The position numbers were made by a program, and so were the translations under genes. The notes beneath the pieces are model-generated. The model did no database searches and was not told the origin of the DNA. It saw nothing but the letters and a program-made list of their open reading frames with translations. A stretch of 64,000 bases of DNA from the human T2T-CHM13v2.0 reference genome, Homo sapiens. The stretch's first letter is position 1, and each line of letters opens with the position of its first letter. Of this stretch, positions 1-13,500 are shown piece after piece. The DNA lies in the NCBI RefSeq assembly GCF_009914755.1, contig NC_060931.1. One strand, given 5' to 3'.

Positions 1-729
1 ATATTAAAGCTCAGTATCTGGTGGTCCCTGATTGCATCCTGGTTCTGTCACTTATGGGCTGTGTGACCTGGAGACAGTTTCTTGATATCTCTGTGCTTGA
101 TTCTTCAGCTGCACAGTAAGGATAATACTGCCTAAATCCTATGGTTTTGGTAAAATTAAAGCAATTAATGCAAATAAAGGTGTCAGAAGAGTGCCCAGCA
201 TATAGCAAGTGCACAGAAAATTTATTAGCTCTGGTGATTTGTATAGTTTTTTAGATCAGGACCAATGTTAAGCCTGGGAACAACAAGGTGGCCACACCAG
301 GGGGTTGTAATCCACGTTCATTTTAATTGGTCAGTTTGGGAATATAATAGTCAATGGATATTTTTAATATTATCCTTGGCAAATTCTCATATATTCTCAT
401 ACAGCATGAATATAAATACTAAAGAAAGATCCCTCATTTTGTACTGCTCTTTACTACTCTAGTAACACTAGATAATAAGCACTTAAATGCTGAGTGTTTG
501 TCAGTTTTAAAATTAGAGAAAGAGACAAATTGTTTTCTGATCTACTTGCTTAATAAATTATTTTTTGCCAACTAATTTTTAGGTTTACTTGGTAAATTTA
601 AAGGTAGTTTAAAATGTATATTTAAATAACTTTTCTCTATAATTGAAGAAAATAATTTATCTTGAGAGAATTTTACTTTAAACAGTTGCTTTAGAGTCTA
701 TCTTGTAAAGTATTCTATTTTCAAATAAA

Positions 730-1035
<306 letters not shown>

Positions 1036-1264
1036 GAAAGAATTATATTATTCTGAACAATGATAATTAACATATTTTATTATTGAGTGATAGGTTCACA
1101 CTATTCATGATATCAAAAGTTTACTTACCAACATCACTAAGTAACCAAGCTGTGTGTAATTAAAAATAAATGCATATCTTTCCTGAAATTATAAGATATG
1201 AAGAATCATTTATTTCTCTGGCCCAATTTTTAAAGTTAAGTTTTACAAAAAAAAAATGTATTAC

Positions 1265-1765
1265 TATAATATTTGGTTGACAAATCAAAATTGCATATTT
1301 ATGGGGTACAGTGTAATGTTTTGATATGTGTATAAAATATGAAATAAGACAAGTTAACTAACACATCTATCACCTCACTTACCAATCATTTTTTGTGGTG
1401 AGACATTAAAACTTACTGTTAGTTATTTTGAAACATACATACATTATCATTGACTATAATCACCCTACTGTGCAATAGATCTCAAAACCTCTTTATTTTG
1501 TCTGTAAAACTGCATTCTTTTATCAACATCTGCCTCTGGTAAACAATTATTCCACATTCTGCTTTGTTATTAAAACTTTATTAGATTCTACATATAAATG
1601 AAATCATGCAGTACTTTTGTTTGTGTGCCTGGCTTATTGTACTTAGCAAAGTATCCTCTAAATGTATCCATATTTTTTCAATTGACAATATTTCCCCCCT
1701 TTTTAAGGCTACATGGGATCCATTGTGTATGCTATTATTCTAAATGTATACACCACATTTAGAAT
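1265..1765 (-). mobile_element. Old L1 (L1MA/L1MB-type) 3' end fragment
   Basis: Resembles antisense L1M 3'UTR (ATGGGGTACAGTGTAATGTTTTGATATGTG...AATCATGCAGTACTTTTG...GGCTTATTGTACTTAGC); boundaries approximate. Confidence 0.7.
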
Positions 1766-1945
1766 AAAATTGTAATTTAAATATATATTCATCTATTGGT
1801 TGGAAAACTCATGTAATGGAAAAATATTTGTGTGAAAGAATGTATTAACATAATGCAGCATATAAATATCTAGTTAATAATAGCTAATTTGTACTGAGCA
1901 ATAACCATAACACTATACATGTGTTAATAAATTTTGTTTTCACAG

Positions 1946-2318
1946 TGATATGGTCTGGCTGTGTCCACACCCAAATCTCATTGTGAATTGTAGTTCCCAT
2001 AATCTCTGTGTGTCATGGGAGACACCTGGTGGCAGGTAATTGAATCATGTGGTCAGTTACCCTCATTCTGTTCTCATGATAGTGAGTTCACATAAGATCT
2101 GATGGTTTTCTAAGGGGCTTTTCTCCCTTTTGCTCAGCACATTTTCTCTTCTTGTCACCATATGAAAAAGGACATATTTGTTTCCCCTTTCATTATGATT
2201 GTAAATCTCCTGAGGCCTTTCCAGCCATGCTGAATTGTGAGTCAAATTAACCTCTTTCCTTTGTAATTTACCTAGCCTTGGGTACATCCCTACAAAAATG
2301 TGAGAATGGACTAATAGA
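1946..2318 (+). mobile_element. THE1-family MaLR solo LTR
   Basis: TGATATGGTCTGGCTGTGTCCACACCCAAATCTC start, GAATGGACTAATA end, 5-bp TSD CACAG at 1941-1945 and 2319-2323. Confidence 0.9.
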
Positions 2319-2745
2319 CACAGTAACTTAATAACAAAGGTATTATTATTCTTAATTTACAAAGAAAAAAAAACAGAGCTAGAGAGAGAAATAACCTGCT
2401 TACAATAGCAGAGCCAGTATTAAAACACAAGCAACTTTGACTCCGGAGATAATACTCTTGAATACAATAATAAAAACCATTTCAAACAGAAAAGAAGTTA
2501 CCTTTAACATTCGTTCTTAAAAATTTAACAAAAATTTAAAATGGATACATTTGTATTGTTTTATATATATGTATGTGAATGTATAATATAAATGAGAACT
2601 ATTTCATGTAAACCAGAAAATGTTAATAATTATTTTAATGAATAAAATTGAAAAGCAGTTCAATTAATTATTATTTGCAGATGATATCTTTGTTTACTTA
2701 GAAAGACAACAAAAGCAACTGAAAGGCGATTTTAGAAATCTATTC

Positions 2746-3050
2746 AGGTGGGTAGGCAAAATTCTCAGATGACCCTCAGGTTCCCACTTCCGTGCACACC
2801 TGCTGTGTAATCCTTTTCTCTTGAGTGTGAGAAAATGTGTGACTGTGGTGGGACATTATTCATGTAATTACGTTACTAATGTGTTGGCTTATTGTTTATC
2901 GTAAGAGAGATTATCTTTATTAGCCTTAATCAGAGGTGCTTTTAAGAGAAAGAGCATATCATAGAAAAACACCCCTGCTTCCCTGAAATTAATCAAACTT
3001 CTTGATAAGAGATGTCATAAGCTGTTTATCCTGGCCACATGGCAAGGGAT
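2746..3050 (+). mobile_element. MLT1-type MaLR LTR fragment
   Basis: GGTAGGCAAAATTCTCAGATGACC...CTTGAGTGTGAG...GCCACATGGCAAGG resembles MLT1E/F-type LTR; approximate limits. Confidence 0.5.
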
Positions 3051-5217
3051 ATATTTATATATTGTCTCTATTTCTGCCTTCAACATGTTGCTTTCAGTAG
3101 AGAGAATAGGAGGATCTCATGGCAGAGAAAAAAGAAGGAATCTCATTTATGCAAGAAATAATCACCCCTCATCTGGGACAGCTTACGAAAAACAGAGACC
3201 AGAACATGACCACATCGATGGGAAACAAAGGCAACTTGGTTGCAAGGGCTCACTGGCATTATGAAGCAATGTCTACACAGCCGAAATAAATGATCAGCCT
3301 CTGGGATACCAGTAGTCTACCAACAAGGCTGTATTCATTCTCATTCTGATTAAATTAGCATTTCTGCACCATTCAGGTAACTCAGTTTTACATAATTTAT
3401 GACAAAAGTACCAGGCAGACCCATGAGTACCTTCCTAGAACTGAACTTATGAAAAAGCATATGCAATTTTTTAATTTCAAGATTGGAAAATGTTGAAAAA
3501 ATAAGGAATTTATTAATAATAATCTGACTTTCTAATTTTAGAGAATTCTACCATTCTGTAATACAATATTGAACTTTGAACACCTTAACATATTTCTTGA
3601 ATACATAAATTTTTATGTAGATAGTTTCTCTTTTAGATTAATGCAGTAAGACTAACAATTAGAGAAAACATTTGAAATAAAATAAAAGTCATCAGAACCA
3701 CATCTTTCAATGGCTTGGCATAATTGCCATGCTCTTTGATATGGTCAAGAAGCAAAGACAAGATTTTGGCTTTGACCAATTATTAAGTCCTTGACCTTTT
3801 GAAATCTAATATCCTGGCTAAAAAATTAGGATGGCATATATTTTAGGTGGCTACCTGGAGTATCAAAGGCAATATGAGAAGAATTTTGATAGTTGGGCAA
3901 GAAAATGCATACTACATACACACATTACTCTTCTCTGATTTGCTTTAACTTTGAAATATTGGAAATTGCAGATCTAGTTCCTCCATTTAGGGTAAATTAA
4001 CAACAAATTCGTGTTTCAGCTGAGCAAGCTATTGTATGAAACTTATAGGTAACAGATGTCATTAGCTGCAAAAAGCAAAATAGTGTGACTAGTTTCAGTA
4101 ACTATCTAGCCATGCAAATAATAGACCAATTAGATTAAGATCCTAAAAGGTGCATGTAGAAAATATTTATGTGCAATATTGTGACCCTCCCCCAAACATC
4201 TTTTTCTGTCTCCTTACAGAGATACCAATTTTTCCTGAATGACTCAGGGTGAATACTGGGAACTGAGAATGCTCAGTGTTCAGAGTTGATTCCTGGGAGC
4301 ATAGCTAACACATTTCTTCTATATTATAAAGAAACTTTATGAATTTTACTGTGCCTTAGAAAGGCTTTTAGTAAGAGATTGTTCATGTATAACACTCTAC
4401 TTGGATTCATAAAAATTTTCAATATTCCATTTAAATCAGACACACTGAAATGTCAACCAAATATCACAAAACATCTTTGAATGAGATCAAGCCTTTCTTA
4501 GCTAAGAATTTTATTTCATCAGTAAATTTAGAGGAAAATAAGAAATGTGTGTACTTTGGGCCAGATAACAGTGTTGGTCTCATGGGAACAATTCAGACAA
4601 GTGCTCTTCCTCATCACTCTTAAAGTAGCAATAGCACCACATCAATTTCCTGGCACCAGCCGGCCTGTTTTTCACTGATATGAAGTGCAGAAGCCATTGA
4701 AACAGTGAAGAAGTGTGATATAAATGGAATACTTATTTGAAGTACAGTTGTTAATAAAAGGTAGCATTTGATGTTGTACAACTATAGGTAAGATGACTAG
4801 TGTGAGATAAAAATATTTTTACTTTAATTGACAGAATAACTTTTTCACAATATTTCTATTTCAAATAATTTTTTTGCTCTATATTTGCTTGCTTTTCATC
4901 CAACACTACCTGAGCTCAATAGGAATCAACAAAATGAACCTTTTTTACCACAAGAATTTTATTCATGCATATGCTTAATTTGCTGAAAATACGTGAGCCT
5001 TCCATGAAAGATTTATACTAGTATTGTGTCATTTTTTGCTGAGAAGTGGCTGTCCTGCCAGAAAATTGCTATTCTCAACTCTGCTCACATTGACTCTGGT
5101 CAGCATAGTGACGGGAAGTGATGTGTGAATAAAAAGCAAATGTGTCTTCCTTGAATCTTTTTTCATCTGTTGGCTGAAGAAAGAGAGAGTGCAGAGAGAA
5201 AATTTTAAAAAATCTAA

Positions 5218-5557
<340 letters not shown>

Positions 5558-5901
5558 AAGTTTTCTTAACCAGAAATAAACCAAAGGGGATGGTGATGTG
5601 TGAGAAAATGTATTATTTTGCCAAGCCTTAGAAATTTTAGGGTTTATTAGAATGGGAATCTGCATTGCTTTAACAAACATATTAGTCTTTCAGTTTTAAT
5701 TCTTCTGGATATGATTCAATTTCCTGATGAATCTGAACTGAAAGCAGAATAACTTATTTGTTAAAATTGAAGATGTGGGAAATATATATTGACTAAAACA
5801 AGATAGTCAAAAAGAGACAGGCAAAACAGAAAGTAAAATGATGTTCTTCAGAAACAGAAAAGAGAGAAGGAGAAGACAGTTTATTTTATATTAAATTGTA
5901 C

Positions 5902-6198
<297 letters not shown>

Positions 6199-6540
6199 AA
6201 ATTGTACTTTTAAAGATAAAATTGATCTAGAGATCTGTTTCAAAATAATGTAAATATACTTAAAAGCACTCAACATATAGTTTAAGTATACAACATTAAA
6301 ATACTTAAAATGGTAATTTTATGTTTTTAATCACAAATATTTACATCTCTCAAAAAAGTTACATTTTTCAAAAATTAAATAACAAGGGTTTTCTCACATA
6401 ATGACATATTCAAAGAATAAATAGATGGTAATTTTAGAGTGCCTTTCTGGCTACTCATCCAGACAATAAAACACTGAAAAACACCCAAGAAAAAAATAAA
6501 CAAGATAATTAATAAATAAAAAGGGGCAATATTTATACTT

Positions 6541-7505
6541 AGAAACCAGTCCCCGAGGCTTGGCTAACAGGAGCCCTCTGTGGCAGTGCTTGGGTGTCGG
6601 GGCTCTGAGGCTCCGGCCTGACCTCTCCACGGGGTTGACGGGGACGTCTCCATATGCCAGGAGTCGCAAAGGGCCGACCAGGATGAGGAAACCCCAGGTC
6701 GAGTCCGGGGGAGACAGCACGGCATCCCAGCCTCAGGCCTGCCCAGACGGTGTTGGTTGGGGTGAGTCTCCCCAAAAGTCGTGCCGCCGTGATCTGGAGG
6801 ACAGGTCTGCCTGCGTGCCCCTGGGCTGCTCTCTCACCCGAGTGTCGATCTCGTCGAGAGCAGAACCCCGCAGCCTCAGGGCTTGCCTGGGGGTGTGTGT
6901 TTCAATGCCTCTGCTGTATGACTCTGTGTGCGGGTCTATGTCTGTGTGGGGTGTGTGTGAGTGTGTGGGTGTCACCCATTCTCTCTTCTGTCTCTGTCCC
7001 TCGGTCTCTGTGTGTTTCTTTCCCTCTCTCTGTGGGTTTGTGTGTGTGTGCCCGTGTGCATGTGTGTCTTTGGCGGAATGTGCCCTGTGCGCCACAAAGC
7101 GGTTTCTGGCATGGCGGCCCGTCTTTGGTGAGCCTCTTTCTGCGTCTCTGCCTGGGTCAGGAGGCCGGTTGTGAATGGTTTTCGCCGGCCCGGATCCGCT
7201 TTGTGTGTGTGAAGACCTGGCCCACGTGAGGAGATGCATCGGTCCTGGAGCAACTGAAATCTCATCCCCATCCTGAGCGGCCTCTTTTCTAGGATCAAGA
7301 TGAACACACTGCAGCCGAGGACAAGAGCCCCACAGGGGCTCTTTGTCCCGCAGGAGAGCAGTGGACCCACGACAGAGAAGATGCTTGTATCTTTTCACGG
7401 CTCTTCTCTGAGAAATGAAGCCACACCACGATACGGTCTGGAAGAGGAAGCCAGGAATGGGTGATGGCAGCAATCCCTGTCACTGGAACACTGGCCTCGC
7501 TGGAC
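6541..7505 (+). repeat. Truncated GC-rich macrosatellite monomer, probably SST1/NBL2 (MER22) family
   Basis: Abrupt switch from AT-rich DNA to GC/CpG-rich sequence with an internal degenerate (TG)/(TC) tract at ~6893-7070; family assignment from recall, not from an alignment. Confidence 0.55.
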
Positions 7506-10500
7506 AATGGAATGGAATGGAATACAATGGAATAGAATGCAATGCAATGGATACTTGACATGTAATGTGAGCTGAGATTTTCCGACTGCACTCCTGCCTG
7601 GGTGTCACAGTGATATCCTGTTGAAACAAAGGAATGGAAAACAATGGAGAGAAATGGAATGGAATGGAGTGGAGTGGAGTGGAGTGGAGTGGCGTGGAAT
7701 GGAATGGATTGGAATGGAATTGAATCGCATCTAATGGAATGGAATGGAATGGAATCGAATCGAATGGAATCGAATGGAGTCAAACAGAATCAAATGGAAT
7801 CACATTGAATGGAATGGAATGGGGGCTGACACTGTGCCACTGCACTCCAGGCTGGGTGGCAGAGTGACATACTCTCAAAAGTAAGGAATGGAATGGAATG
7901 CAGTGGAATGGAATGGAATGGAATGGAGAGGAGTGGAGTGGGGTGGAGTGGAGAGGAGTGGAGTGGAGTGCAGTGGAGTTGAGTGGAATGGAATGGAATG
8001 GACTCGAAAAAAATGGAATGGAATGGAATGGACTGGAATGGAATCATCATCGAATGGACTCAAATGGAATCATCATGGAATGGACTCGAATGGAATCATC
8101 TAATGGAATCATCGAATGGACTCGATTGGAATCGTCATCGAATGGACTCGAATGGAATCATCGAATGGAATCGAATGGAATCATGGAATGGAATCCAATG
8201 GAATCATCATCGAATGGAATCGAATGGAATCATGGAATGGAATTGAACGGAATCATCATGGAATGGAATCGAGTGGAATCATCGAATGGAATCAAACATA
8301 ATCATCATCGAATGGAATTGAATGGAATCATCGAATGGAATCAAACGGAATCATCGAATGGAATCGAATGGAATCATCATCGAATGGAATCGAATGGAAT
8401 CATCGAATGGAATCGCATGGAATCATCATCGAATGCAATCAAACGGAGTCATCGAATGGAATTGAATGTAATCATCATTGAATGGAATCGAATGTAATCA
8501 TCGAGTGGAATCATCGAATGGAATCATCGAATGGAATCGAATTGAATCATCATCGAATGGAATCGAATGGAATCATCATCGAATGGAATCATCGAATGGA
8601 ATCGAATGGAATCATCATCGAATGGAATCGAATTGAATCATCATCAAATATAATCGAATCGAATCATCATCAAATATAATCGAATTGAATCATCATTGGA
8701 TGGAATCGAAATGAATCATGGAATGGAATCAAATCGAATCATCGAATGCAATTGAATGGAAAGGAATCGAATGGAATCGAATGAAATAATTGAATGGAAT
8801 TGAATGGAATCATCGAATGCAGTCGAACGGAAATGAATCGAATGGAATTGAATGGAATCAAATGAAATCGAATGGAATGGGAGCTGAGATTGTGCCACTG
8901 CATGCCAGGCTGGGTGACAGAGTGAGATACTCTCGAAAGAAAGGAATGGAATGGAATGGAATGGAATGGAGTGGACTGCAGTGGAGTGGAGTGGAGTGGA
9001 GTGAAGTAGAGTGGAGTGGAATGGAGAGGAATGGAATGGGATGGAAAGGTATGGAATGAAGTGGAGTGGAGTGAGGTGGAGTGGAGTGCAGTGGAATGGA
9101 GCGGAATGGAATGGGATGGAATGGAAAGGAGTGGAGTGGAGTGCAGTGGGGTGGAGAGGAGTGGAGTGGAGTGGAATGGAATCGGATGTAATGTAATGTA
9201 GTGGTGTGGAGTGGAGTGGAACGCAGTGGAATGGAATGGAATTGAATGGAATGCAATGGAATAGAATGCAATGCAATGGAAAGTTGACGTGTAATGTGAG
9301 CTGAGATTGTGCCACTGCACTCTTGCCTGGGTGACACAGTGATATCCTGTCGAAAGAAAGGAATGGAATGCAATGGAGTGAAATGGAATGGAATGGAATA
9401 GAGTGGAGTGGAGTCGAGTGGAATGGAATGGAATGGAATATAGTGGAGTGGAGTGGAGTGGAATGGAATGGAATGGAATGGAATCGAATTGCATCAAATC
9501 GAATGGAATGGAATGGAATGGAATTGAATGGAATCGAATTGAATGGAATCGAATGGAATGGAATAGGATCTGAGATTGTGCCACTGCGCTCCACACTTGT
9601 TGAAAGAGTGAGATACTCTCGAAAGAAAAGAATGGAATGGAATGGAACGGAATGGAGTGGAGTGGACAGGAGTGGAGTGGAGTTGAGTGGAATGGAGTGG
9701 AATGGAATGGAGTGGAATGCAATGGAATGGACTGGAATGGAATGGGCTGGAGTGGAATGGAATGGACTCGAATGGAATCATCGTCGAATGGACTGGAATG
9801 TAATCATCATCGAATGAACTCGAATGGTATCATCATCAAATGGACTCGAATGGAATCATCATTGAATGGACTTGAATGGAATCGTCATCGAATGGACTCG
9901 AATGGAATTATCGAATGGAATCGAATGGAATCATCGAATGGAATCGAACAGCATCATCATGGAATGGAATCGAATGGAATCATCATATGGAATCGAATGG
10001 AATCATCGAATGGAATCGAATGGAACCGAATGGAATTGCATCGAGTAGAATCAAATCGAATGGAATCGAATAGATTCGAATGGAATGGGAGCTGAGATTG
10101 TGCCACTGCACCCCAGGATGGGTGACAGAGTGAGATACTCTGGAAATAAAGGAATGGAATGGAATGCAGTGGAATGGAATGGAATGGAATGGAGTGGACT
10201 GGAGTGGAGTGGAGTGGAGTGAAGTGGAGTGAAGTGGAGTGGAGTGGAATGGAGAAGAGTGGAATGGGATGGAATGGAATGGAATAAAGTGGAGTGGAGT
10301 GGGGCAGAGTGGAGTGCAGTGGAATGGAGCAGAAAGGAATGGGATGGAATGGAAAGGAGTGGAGTTGAGTGGAGTGGAGAGGAGTGGAAGGGAGTGGAAT
10401 GGAATCGGATGTAATGGAATGTAGTGGAATGGAATGGAAAGGAATGGAATGGAATGGAATGGACTTGAAAGGAATGGACTCGAATGGAATGGAATGGACT

Positions 10501-13500
10501 CGAATGGAAACATCATCGAATTGACTCGAATGGAATCATCGAATGAACTCGAATGGAATCATCATTGAATGGACTCGAATGGAATCATCATTGAATGGAC
10601 TCAAATGGAATCATCATCAAATGGAATCGAATGGAATCGAATTGAATAATCTTCGAATGGACTCAAATGGAATCATCATCAAATGGAATCGAATGGAATC
10701 ATCATCGAATGGAATCAAATGGAATCATCATCAAATGGAATTGAATCGAATCATCATCGAATGGAATCGAATGGAATCACTGAATGGAATCATCATCAAA
10801 TGGAATCAAATGGAATCATCTTCGAATGGAATTTAATCGAATAATCATCTAACGGAATCGAATTGAATCATTGAATGGAATCTAATCGAATCGAATGGAA
10901 TCTAATCGAATCAAATGGACATGAATGAAATCGAATGGAATGGAATGGAATAGAATGGGAGCTGAGATTGTGCCACTGTGCTCCAGGCTGGGTGACAGAG
11001 TGAGATACTATCAAAAGAAAGGAATGGAATGGAATGCAGTGGAATGGAATGGAATGGCATGGAGTGAACTGGAGTGGAGTGGAGTGAAGTGGAGTGGAGT
11101 GGAATGGAGAGGAATGGAATGGGATGGAATGGAATGGAATGAAGTGGAGTGGGGTAGAGTGGAGTGCAGTGGAATGGATTGTGATCGTACGGGAAGGAGT
11201 GGAGTGGAGTGCAGTGGAGTGGAGAGGAGTGGAATGGAATCGGATGTAATGGAATGTAGTGGAGTGGAGTGGAGTGCAGGGGAATGGAATGGAATGGAAC
11301 GGAATGGAATGGAATGCAAAGGAATGCAATGGAGTAGAATGCAATGCAATGGAAAGTTGACATGTAATGTGAGCTAAGATTGTGCCACTGCACTCCAGCC
11401 AGGGTGACACAGTGATATCCTGTCAAAAGAAAGGAATGGAATGCAATGAAGTGAAATGGAATGGACTGGACTGGAGTGGAGTGGAGTGCAATGGAACGGA
11501 ATGGAATGGAATCGAATCGAATCAAATCAACTGGAATGGAACGGAATGGAATGGAATGGAATGGGAGGTGAGATTGTGCCACTGCGCTCCAGGCAGGGTA
11601 ACAGAGTGAGATACTCTCGAAAGAAAGGAATGGAATGGAATGCAGTGGAATGGAATGGAATGGAGTGGACTCAAGTGGAGTGGAGTGAAGTGGAGTGGAG
11701 TGGAATGGAGAGGAATGGAATGGGATGGAACGGAAAGGAATGCAGTGGAGTGGAATGGAATGGAATGGAGTGGAGTGGTGTGGATTGTAATGGAGTGGAG
11801 TGGAATGGAATGGAAAGGAACATCATGGAATGGAGTGGAGTGGAGTGGAGTGGAATGGAATGGAATGGACTCGAATGGAATGGACTCGAATGGAAAGGAA
11901 TGGACTCGAAGGGAATGGAATGGACTTGAATGGAATCATCATCAAATGGACTCGAATGGAATCATCATCGAATGAAATTGAATGGAATCATCATCGAATG
12001 GAATCGAATGGAATCATCATCAAATGAAACCGAACAGAATCATCGAATGGAGTCAAATGGAATCATCATCGAATGGAATCGAATTGAGTCATCGAATGGA
12101 ATAGAAAGAAATCATGGAATGGAATCGAATTGAATTATCGAATGGACTTGAATGGAAACATCATCGAATGGAATCGAATGGAATCATCATTGAATGGACT
12201 TGAATGATATCATCATGAATGGACTCGAATGGAATCATCATCGAATGGACTCGAATGGAATCATCATCCAATGGAATCAAATGGAATCATCATTGAATGG
12301 AATCGAATGGAATCATCAAATGGAATCAAATGGATTCATCATCGAATTGAATTGAATGGTATCATCAAATGGAATCATCGAATGGATTCGAATGGAATCA
12401 TCATCAAATGGAATCATTGAATGGAATCAAATAGAATCATCATCGAATGGAATCAAATGGAATCATCGAATGGAATTGAATGAAATCATCGAATGGAATC
12501 GAATGGAATCATCGAATGGAATTGAATGGAATCATCTAATGGAATCGAATGGTATCATTGAATGGAATCGAATAGAATCATTGAATGGAATCGAATGGAA
12601 TCTAATAGAATGGAATCGAATCGAATGGAATCGAATGGAATGGAATTGAATGGAATGGAATGGGAGCTGAGATTGTGCCACTGCGCTCCAGGCTGGATGA
12701 CAGAGTGAAAATACTCTTGAAAGAAAGGAATGGAATGGAATGGAGTGGAGTGGAGTGGAGTGGAGTGGAGTGGAGTGGAGTGAAGTGGAGTGGAATGGAG
12801 AGGAAAGGAATGGTCTGGAATGGAATGGAATGAAGTGGAGTGGAGTGGGATGGAGTGGATTGCAGTGGAATGAAGCAGAATGGAATGGGATGGAATGGAA
12901 AGGAGTGGAGTGGAGTGCAGTGGGGTAGAGAGGAGTGGAATGGAATCGGATGTAAGGGAATGTAGTGGAGTGGAGAAGAGTGGAGTGGAATGCAGTGGAA
13001 TGGAATGGAATTGAAAGGAATGGAATGGAATGGAATACAATGGAATAGAATGCAACGCAATGGAAACTTGACATGTAATATGGGGTGAGATTGTGTGACT
13101 GCACTCCTGCCTGGGTGCCACAGTGATATGCTGTCGAAACAAAGGAATGGAAAGCAATGGAGAGAAATGGAATGGAGTGGAGTGGAGTGGAGTGGAGTGG
13201 AGTGGAGTGGAGTGGAATGGAATGGAATCGAATCGAATTGCATCTAATGGAATGGAATGGAATGGAATGGAATCGAATGGAATCAAACAGAATCAAATGG
13301 AATCACATGGAATGGAATGGAATGGGAGCTGACACTGTGCCACTGCACTCCAGGCTGGGTGACAGAGTGAGATACTCTCGAAAGTAAGGAATGGAATGGA
13401 ATGCAGTGGAATGGAATGGAATGGAATGGAGAGGAGTGGAGTGGACTGGAGTGGAGAGGAGTGGAGTGGAGTGCAGTGGAGTTGAGTGGAATGGAATGGA

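Noticed and set aside
6451-7473. Overlapping 130-246 aa ORFs in the GC-rich block
   Set aside because: Expected in GC-rich/TG-repeat DNA; Cys/Val or His/Thr runs come from the dinucleotide tract; no recognisable protein
8640-10915. DUX4-like motifs (e.g. TAATCGAATCA at 10903-10913) and nGAAn HSF-like pentamers in the satellite
   Set aside because: Imperfect matches that arise trivially from satellite composition; binding cannot be inferred from sequence
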